Below are positions 54,809 through 64,000 of a stretch of DNA of 64,000 nucleotides, piece by piece (the stretch's first letter is position 1; each line of letters begins with the position of its first letter). Made by a program: the position numbers and the translations under genes. The DNA is from Octopus sinensis (taxonomy: Eukaryota). The DNA lies in the NCBI RefSeq assembly GCF_006345805.1, contig NC_043001.1, positions 109,244,001 to 109,308,000 on the forward strand, read 5' to 3'. The notes under the pieces were generated by a model. It was given only the letters and a program-made list of their open reading frames with translations, ran no database searches and was not told the DNA's origin.

Positions 54809-55934
54809 ATATATATATATATACATATATATGTATAAAAATTATATATAAAAAATACAAAATGAGACAAGAACGCAAAAAACACAAAGATACGACACAA
54901 AGAACGGACGCGTCATTCGAAGCCTCTAATCTTCAGTCAGGAACCGGATCGTCCTAGCAAATTTCGGCTGATTAATCCTGATATCGCTCAGATCCGGCCA
55001 GCCCCAAGGAAAAAACTAAGCTGCGAGCATTAGATTTCTTGGAAAAAGGATCGAATGTATACGAAACAAGGACAGAAAAACGGACGATGCCACACGAATA
55101 TAAATACGAAAAACAAAAATAAAGTTAAAAACAAGAAGGGTAATAACGGGACAAAAACAGCGGGTGTCTTACGACTTTAGACAATTGAACTTATCTTAGC
55201 GGGCGTATTTTGAAATAAATGCCTTTTCGGCAGACGAAGAGAGAAGCCGTGTTGTCACAGCTGCGGTCACCAGCGGAAAGGCTAGTTAACCAGCAGGTCA
55301 CGTGAGAGTAGAGAAGAAGAGACATATATAAATGCATGTGTATTTTTTCGATGTGTACAAATAACACGGGAACAATAGATAGTTTTCAGGGTACGAAATA
55401 TTCACATAAGTGCCAAGGATGTTACAGCCTACTTATAAAGGTGGAAGTTCTAGTGTTTAGTGAACTGTTTTTGTGTGAAAAGTAAATTGATAAATGCAGT
55501 TAAACGCAGGTCTTATTCACATCTTTATACTTCTGACATATGTTTCAAATAAAACATGGGCATTATTCCTGAGGGAATAAAATGATGTAAAACAATGTAA
55601 TTATCTTGTCAGGGAAAAAGGAGAAACAAAACACAACAATAAGCCATTTTAACCGAATGTGATTACCGTGTATATGATGAACGGAACGTTGGCAGGTTAT
55701 TTTTAAATAACTTGCCAGTGTTCTCTTCATCATATACGCGGTAATCATATTCGGTTAAAATAGCTTATTATCTCCTGTTTTTCTTTCTTCCCTAGCGAGA
55801 TGATTACGTTGTTTTACATAATTTTCTTCCCACAGGATTAATACCAAGCTTTATTCGAAACTCATATAGGGAGTATAAAGATTTGAATAACACCTGCGTT
55901 TAACTCCATTTCTTAATCTATCTAATATATTTTA

Positions 55935-55999
<65 letters not shown>

Positions 56000-56779
56000 T
56001 GTACTATCGGGGCTATTTTTAGCACTAGAGTTATCCACATAGTGGTTAACTCTCTAATAATGTATGTATAAATTTGTATTTTCTCCGTAGTTTTTTGTGC
56101 TAAGCCACTCGGTGTTAAATTAATGGTATTATTAAATTAATATCAATTTTTTCACCCTCATTTATAAATTTATATATATATATATGTATGTATATATGTG
56201 TATATTTGTATGTACATAAATCTGTATATATGTATGTATATATATATGTATATATATATACGTACACACACACACACACACACATATATATATGTTCTTA
56301 CAACCACTCAAATATAAATACTTACCTTTTGTTCTCATTAATATCACTGGTTTCCTTTGAAGTGGAAACTTGGCAAGCACAAGAGATGGTTAATTGAGAT
56401 GGCTTTTTTCCTTTTTATTTGTCTTGTCTTTAAATGTTTACTTTTATTTGCTGTTTTTTTTTAAATTCCAACTGCCGTTTTTGAGTTTGGGGTTTAATTT
56501 TAAATGAGTATGCTGTTTCTTCATTCTTTGATCTTTTGCTTTGTTCGTGGAATTATAAAAATAGTATTTCCGTGAAGGAATATAATGTGCAAAATTCAAA
56601 TCTGTTTTAACAGAACTTTTTACTTTACTCCGCTGAGAAGAAACACTTGCCATTATTGTTGAGCGATATTAATTAACGCAATATTGTTTATGATATATGT
56701 AACAATGAACAATGAACAATTGATAATAATATATTAAGACAAATGTGATATTTAATGAATTATGTCCTCTTATAAATGA

Positions 56780-56899
56780 TCTTCCATTCTTCCATTCTTT
56801 CTTCCATTCTTCCATTATTTCTTCCATTCTTCCATTCTTTCTTCCATTCTTTCTTCCATTCTTCCTTTCTTTCTTCCATTCTTCCTTTCTTTCTTCCAT

Positions 56900-56943
<44 letters not shown>

Positions 56944-57005
56944 GCTTCTTTCTTTCTTTCTTTCTTTCTTGCTTGCTTGCTTGCTTTTCTTTCTTTTTTA
57001 CTTTC
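56780..57005. repeat. Polypyrimidine (TTCCATTC)/(TTTC)/(TTGC) compound tract
   Basis: Direct reading. Confidence 0.9.
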
Positions 57006-57964
57006 TTTCAGTTATAGACTCAGGGTTTGCTGTGTCAAATGTGTACTTGGGACCACTCAGGCTAGCTATCATTCTTCGAAGAAATGGATGAATTTGGGGT
57101 GAAATTTTAGACATCTATATTCGCACTTCGAATGTCACAAAGTTTGCACAGAAAAAAAAAAGAAAAAACAAAATGGCGAGCGTGGGCAAAGCTATGACAT
57201 CTGTGGTACGAAACATTTAGGAAAAATGAAAAAGAAAAGAACATCCACCTTCAAGTAAATATATATGACATTTATAGACCTCCCTTGGCATTGTAGAATG
57301 TTTGTGACGAAACAGTATGCCGAAATGTATAACACTTTTGAACTTTCACCACCATGTATTCATAACAATTCGAAATATATAGAAAAGGTCAAAAATTTAT
57401 AAATTAGACTTAACGTAGGTATTATCTTTTTAAATAAGAACAAAAATCTATATCAATATTGCTTTATGATCTAAAATATAAAATTTAATCAATTTAAAGA
57501 AATAAGTAAATATATTCTTTCTGAAATATAGAAAACAATGTTTTCGTGTCAGATTAATTTAGAGTTCTCCATAAATTTGTGCATAACATAATTAAGTGAA
57601 AGTTGTAGCTATGTATAGAGGAATATAGAAAAATATAAAACAAAAGCATACATATATACTTACATACGTATGTACACACATACATACATGTACGTACACG
57701 CACATAAATAGATAGATAGATAGATACATACATACATACATACATACATATATGTGTGTGTGTTGGGTGGTGTATTGAAATATTTGTCGCAATTATATTC
57801 TTGACAAAGAATAACAATAAATTAAACACTTAATATGGCTATTATGATATTAATTGAAATAAATTCTTACCGTATTCAGCGAAGAAATGTTCGTGTAAAA
57901 TTCATTAAGATTTCTCAATATATATATATATGTATATATATATATATGTATATATATGTATATA

Positions 57965-58030
<66 letters not shown>

Positions 58031-58033
<3 letters not shown>

Positions 58034-58073
58034 TAGCATTATGACCCGTCGATGCGGGGTCATAGTGCTAGTA
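58031..58073. repeat. 43-bp palindrome TACTAGCATTATGACCCG..CGGGGTCATAGTGCTAGTA
   Basis: Arms of 18 and 19 nt; the ACTAGC start resembles 5' ends of Lep1-type non-autonomous Helitrons. Confidence 0.6.
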
Positions 58074-58199
58074 CATGTATATATGTGTTTATATATGTGT
58101 ACTTATTACATGTACATCTCTCTCTCTCTCTATATATATATACATCTACACATAAAATACAAAATCCAAAGTTATATCTCTATATCGCTAGTGATAACA

Positions 58200-58720
58200 A
58201 TACTCAAAATATATAACAGACTGGAATTGTAGGCCCGTCTCTTGCAAGTTCGATCGATTGTATCTTGTCCTCCCTCTTGTATAGAAGTGTGGCTACAATC
58301 CAGCCTACCTCTACTTCTGGGGGGACATTTAAAATTTTTGTCCGGGACGTCCTACGTCCCAGATATAAAGGTAAAAATAAAATATTTCCACTTTGCAAGG
58401 TTCGAGTCGAGTACTCCTTTGCACGCTCCGTTGACTCGAACCTTGCTTCTATTGTGGCGAATTTACCGCCTCTGGTTAGATACTTGATATCTTTCATAGT
58501 CGCACCAAGACACTTTTCGATGGTGCTTTCCTCCAGGTGTTCAAATCTTTTTACTCTACATTGTATACTTTATAGACAATAGTCTTTTCTTTAATTTAAT
58601 TTTTTATTTCGTTTGGTGGTGTTATCCTAGATTCACCGTCTTTGTCGGTGATCAATCCGAAATAGGTTTGTATTTCTTCCATTTTAATTTTAATGAGGTC
58701 GCGCCCGCCGACGGCTGCAA
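58200..58720 (-). pseudogene. LINE ORF1-like 5' coding fragment
   Basis: Frameshifted MEEIQTYFGL..EHLEESTIEKCLGATMKDIKYLTRGGKFATIEARF..LPLYLGRRTSRTKILNVPPEVEVGWIVATLL. The K-I-L-N-V-P-P segment resembles RRM-like ORF1 proteins of L1/Tx1-type LINEs; the assignment is by recall. Confidence 0.45.
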
Positions 58721-59399
58721 CAAAATTCATTTTTGAACATTCTTCTACCGAAGGCATTTCAACAAAAATGCTTCCGTGTAAACGGTGAAAATATTGTCAA
58801 TTTCCCCAAACAGGGACACAATTCAATTTTTAAACAATAACCAAGGCTCGTCCCAAAGGGGGAGGGTTACGGTTTACAATTATTTAACAAATGCAACACA
58901 ACAACGTTTCCCTTACAAAGAACCGACAAACATGATAACAATAGTTAAAGAGTAATAATAATAGCAAGAAACCTCACGGTGAATCAAAAAGCAGTACGCA
59001 GTTGAAGCTATAGTCCTTTTATGTATAATAAATAAACTAACAGCAGTACTCAGTAGAAACGGCTGTTCGAGAAAACAGACATTACTTACAGCCAAACTTC
59101 ATATAGATACTTAATGCTAGTTAATTAGTAGATAATCTAATGTAAAAGCCGTGGTAAACGGTATGTGCACAGCTCCATCTGGACTATTCCATTTCTGCAC
59201 TTAAATTTTATTTTAAATTTATTCCCATACATGTGAAACCACTTATTCAAGTTCAAATCACTGATGCAATTTTATACCAATTGCTATTTTTACTTTTAAT
59301 TGTTATGTTACGATTTAATTATTATATTATACTTTACTTTGATTTTAATTATTACTTACTACATATAATTCAATTGCTTTTAATTTACTATAATTTTTA

Positions 59400-59650
59400 T
59401 CTGACATAAAATAGAGAAATGTTTTTGTTTCACTTTTAACACGAAATAGTGGAGAAGATATGATATTGCTATGGGCTCGCCCTGGGCAAGAAGTTGAACA
59501 TTTTTTTGCCCATGAAACTACATGGACCCTAAGTAAGGCATGTGTAAAATTTGAATGAAATTGGTTGTGTAGTTCTCAAGTTTTAGGGAAACACACAGAC
59601 AGACAGACAGACACACACACACACATTCTCAGTTTTATATATATAGAGAT
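59400..59650 (+). mobile_element. 3' end of a Lep1/HINE-like non-autonomous Helitron-type element
   Basis: AAATTTGAATGAAATTGGTTGTGTAGTT..(CAGA)n..ATTCTCAGTTTTATATATATAGAGAT follows the typical architecture AAATTT..CGGTT-(microsatellite)-TTTTAT..AGAT. Confidence 0.55.
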
Positions 59651-59722
59651 ATGTTGAAAATAACTACAAAACTACTTTTATTCTCATTCCCTTTGAAATT
59701 GCTAACATTCGTGCTTTGGGCT

Positions 59723-60430
59723 TTAACTGCCCTTTCTAGCATGCAAGGTGTCCTGGCAAAGGTCACCTCTTTTGTGTAAAAATACGTAAATTGCTTCTAC
59801 ACCGGAAGGCTCGGAGAATGGTGCATTGTCGGGGTAGGGTGGAGGAGTGGTAGGTGAGGGGAAACGGGAGACTAACAAAGGCGGGGCGGATGCGGGGAGA
59901 GAGAGCAGAGGCACGGTCGACGGAAGTGCTCCAGCAAGAGTGTGGGGATAGTGGTGAGGCGTTAACTATGAAGGATGAAGTGGCGAGCCATGAATTGAGA
60001 CTGAGTCTCAAAGTCATGGTTGTCACTGCAGAACCTGTGCAGATGGAGGAATTGGGAGTAGGGAATGGAGAGCTTGATGTGGGTAGGGTAAGAGCAGGAG
60101 AAGTTGAGGTATGAGTATGAGTCGGTGTTTGTAGGGGATGGAGGTGGTGAGAGCGAGTGGTGTATGTCGACCGAAATGTCGAGAAAGGCAACGGAAGTGT
60201 TGGAAATAGTGCAGGAGGATTCGAGGGCAGAATGGAAGGACTGGATAAATGAGAGGAAGGAGTCTAGTTGTTCGTGGGTGAGCGACATCACACCGATACA
60301 GTCATCAATATAACGACCGTATAGTTCGGAAGTGGGGCCAGTGAATCTTGAAAATATTTGGGCCTCAACGTTGCCAATGAACGGCTTCGCATAGTTGGGG
60401 CTCATTCTCGCTCCCACGACCACCCCCGAG
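59723..60430 (-). mobile_element. PLE reverse transcriptase fragment of a different clade from the other two
   Basis: ORF 59962-60456: GVVVGARMSPNYAKPFIG, YGRYIDDCIG, VAFLDISV, TDSYSYLNF, LSIPYSQFLHLHRFCS; then PFPLTYH and AFRCRSNLR in a shifted frame. Confidence 0.88.
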
Positions 60431-61582
60431 AAATGTTGGTTATTATTACAATACAATAATATTATTTTCCAGCGAAATAAAGCACCGTAAAAGTAGAATT
60501 ACAAATAGGAAATAATGGCCCAACAAGGTACCAATTTCCCACTGATCTTAGTTCTGTTTATGGCTGGGGCTATTGGCTGAGTATAGAGGCATTGATGTAG
60601 CGGATATTTTAAATTTAGTCTCTTCGGTAGACCTAGCTGACGAGAACCAATCATTTTTATGACACCAAAAGTATCCTGGAAAGTTCGAAACTCGAGTACC
60701 AGGTTGTCCATTTCTCTGGCGTTCTTCATAGAAATAAGACGAAATGTTTTACATATTCGCCGCACGCACAAATCTTTGCCTCTTTATCAGTGAAGTTTTA
60801 ACTAGCGTCGAACGGTTAACAACTGTTCTTTCCAGCAAAAAATGGTACTTTGTTGTGGCACTGTTTCCTATATATATACATATAATAAAGTAACAAGCTT
60901 GGCACGAAAAGGGTTTGACAGAAACAGCAAAGTACATGTTACAATAAATATAAAGAGATTTTTAAAGGAACGCAAACATATAAAATATTTTATCAAGGGA
61001 AATTATATGAAAACGTTTTTTCTATAGTTTTGGGTCCTTTTATGTTTCGTAATGTTCTTAGAACTAGTAACAAACATTTCATTTCACTTTAAATTGTGAA
61101 TATTCTAGAATTATTTATGAAAACTTTATTCATTTTATTCATGGGTATTTAAAGTTTAATACTTTTCAGGCTAATTAACAGATCTGTAAACATTGTAATC
61201 TCTTTTAAGGGAATTTACCTCACCCAAAACAGCAACGAACTCATGAATATCTGTGAAAGCATTGATAAAAAAACATATAGGTACGCACGGTTGATTTTCA
61301 ATAGAACGCACATATAAGTGTGCATGTATGGACGTATGCAATGTATGTATGTATGTATCTATCTGTACACATACATACACACACACATATACATATAAGC
61401 ACATATAAGTATGTAGGTAAAATCCAGGTTACATGCGTCTATACATATACATAGAGTTTTACACATACATCACACGAACGCATTTCACCACATTAGATTT
61501 TGAATCTAAAACTTTTAAATGCATATATATATTTGCATACATACACACAGACACACAAATGCATCTTTATATATATGTATAC

Positions 61583-61697
<115 letters not shown>

Positions 61698-62939
61698 GTG
61701 TGTGTGTTTGTGTGTTTGTTTAAATATATGTATGTATATATGCGTGTATATATACATAGATATATGTATGTATCTTATTTATTGAAATACCTACACACAT
61801 ACACGTACTTATATAAGCTAATAAATTAGAGCCAGTGCAAACAGTATTACGATGGTATTGGGACCGGGTTGTTACAAGTTTTATGTGAAAATTCTCATAA
61901 AATATTGATATGAAATGTATTATCCAAAACGTCTGCCTTGATGATAATGTATGTATGTATGTATGTATGTATGTATGTATGTATGCATGCATGCATGCAT
62001 GTATGTATGCATGTATGTATGCATGTATGTATGTATGTATGTATGTACGTATGTATGTATGTATGTATGTATGTATGTATACATGCATGTTTGTATCTAT
62101 GGACGTATGTAGTTCTATGTATTATTCATTCAGCCTGTTTGGATTTTCTGGGGAGATCTTAATCATCTTAGTAGCGTTTCAGCAAGCGAAGAATGTAACT
62201 CTTCTTGAATACCTTACAGTTCGCTGATACTGAATATCGATATATATATACATATATAGAATTCATTAGTGTGTGGGTGTCTTTATCAAAGTGCGACCTG
62301 CCTTTCTTCATGCTCTCTTTCTTCATGTTCTCCTTCAGGTTCCAGGTCTTTTAACTACCTATACAGTATAGTTGTATTCTTGATTAACTCTGGTATGTCC
62401 TATAGTTTGGTTCTGCAAAACCCACCCCGTTTACCGCTGTATTCCGCCTACACATCGATGAATTACTTGCTGCCACATCCAACAGAACCTACTCTTATGC
62501 AGATTATACAACCCTTAATCCCTTCCTAATCATCTTTATGTAACCTGTACTCCACACACCATATCCATCCTGCAGTGGGTCCATGCCAATCTCGTCACTT
62601 TTACCATCGAAAAATATTAAGCTCTACTCATATCCAGTAAACAGCATCGCACCACCTCTAAACATACGCGACAAACAACTAGAATGTTCATAAACCGGGG
62701 TCCCTAAAACCGAGAATCTGATAAAACCCTCATTTTCGGCATACCCAAGACCGCATCTCAAAAAATCTACCCCTTTACATTTGGGCTAGAATATGTTGTA
62801 GCTCCCAACTGCTGATGACAGTCAACGTGGCTTTAGTGAGTCCTGCAATGGATTACTGCTCGCGTATTTAGTACGGTGCTGGTGCTACACACATCGACAT
62901 CCTGGATCACATGGCAAATGTCATTCGGTTGTTTAAAGG

Positions 62940-63332
62940 ACGCACTGGGGTCGATGTAACCGTTTGTCTGTCCTTGTTTGTCCCCTCTGTATTTAGCCCC
63001 TTGTGAGTAGTAAATAAATATGTATTTCGTCTGCTGTTACGTTCTGAGTTCAAGTTACGCCGAGGTCGACTTAGCCTTTCATTCTTTCGGGGTCGATAAA
63101 ATAAGTATCTATTTCTTTACTGCCCACAAAGGGCTAAACACAGACAAGGACAGAAAAATGGATTAAGTCGATTACATCGACCCCAGGGCGTAACTGGTAC
63201 TTATTTAAACGACCCCGACAGGATGAAAGGCAAAGTCGACCTCGGCGGAATTTGAACTCAGAACGTAGCGCAGACAAAATACAGCTATGCATTTCGCCCG
63301 GTGTGCTAACGTTTCTGCCAGCTCGCCACCTT
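62940..63332. mobile_element. Family B units in opposite orientations (plus unit joined to a complete minus copy)
   Basis: Plus unit runs to ~63110 (GGGGTCGATAAAATAAGTA), then a reverse-complement unit ends CTGCCAGCTCGCCACC. Confidence 0.85.
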
Positions 63333-64000
63333 TATCTATCTATAATAATGCTCCACCAAGACCGTCAGTTGAAGATCCAAGTGCTTCTGAAGTTACAATT
63401 GCACAGTGATGAAAGTTGAGGCCCATTTATATTTGTGTCTGTATATTTTGTCTTTGATGATTTCATTTGTTCATCTTTGATATTGAAATAGTGATATTTT
63501 CAGCACTTATACAAATACAGTTGAAACTTTTGCGGAATTTCTATTATCTATGAATTAACTTGTGCATTAAATCAGAGAAATTTGTTGTTATGTTTGAAAG
63601 AACATTTGAAGTAAAATGGCAGTGGAAACCCATAGTTATCAATGTTCGGTTTATGCACATCAAGGTGTTATTCGCATCTTATATGAATTGTATTTCATTT
63701 TAAAATTCGTTTTGTGCTAAAGCAGTGTTATAATATTATAATATCAATCGCGGTTGGACAACTCTTCGTCGAACGAAATGTTAACGACCCGTCTACTGGA
63801 GTTCCTGAATATGTTACTTGATTAATTCTATGTAAATGTGCTTTAAAATGCGTATTAAAATGTATGAACGTTTCATGGTTATTTCCTTACGGAAGATATT
63901 TTGCTGTAATGTACGTTTAAACCAATTGACATTGAATTAACAAACTTAGTACAAGTTAATGGGATTTTAAATCAAATTCTCTCGATGTTTTTATAAGCAC

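Noticed and set aside
60510-60760. Signal-peptide-like MAQQGTNFPLILVLFMAGAIG followed by further open stretches
   Set aside because: An in-frame stop follows immediately, and joining the pieces needs two unsupported frameshifts.
62270-62620. Possible RTE-type LINE C-terminal fragment on the minus strand (RLAWTHCRMD..)
   Set aside because: Similarity is faint and broken by stops.

Overview
AT-rich, microsatellite-saturated animal genomic DNA (intronic or intergenic). I could not confidently identify any host protein-coding gene; nearly all ORF-track entries are translations of (TA)n, (CA)n, (TATC)n and (TATG)n tracts. The SINE-type repeats resemble ones I associate with Octopus genomes (inference from recall, not a search). 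Recognisable content: (1) decayed Tc1/mariner DNA transposons at 1-1065, 42282-43856 and 44767-45314; (2) four Penelope-like retroelement (PLE) pieces: 3929-6580 (minus, long inverted termini), 28420-32720 (plus, RT through GIY-YIG), a remnant at ~14940-16060 and an RT fragment at 59723-60430; (3) two 3' fragments of restriction-like-endonuclease (HERO/NeSL-type) LINEs and a LINE ORF1-like 5' fragment; (4) many tRNA-derived SINE copies from several families, some as concatemers; (5) a 100-N scaffold gap. The main signal beyond the ORF track is RNA structure. There are at least four minimal type I hammerhead ribozyme (HHR) motifs with intact cores and palindromic or near-palindromic stem III (4366-4447, 17161-17217 and its duplicate 18431-18487, 32592-32669), plus several degenerate ones. 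One degenerate motif sits in a tRNA-headed SINE flanked by a 27-bp inverted copy of its own 3' end, and others form the arms of two ~150-bp fold-back elements. Several inverted duplications are centred on (TA)n tracts. All structural calls were made by eye and need covariance-model and read-level checks.
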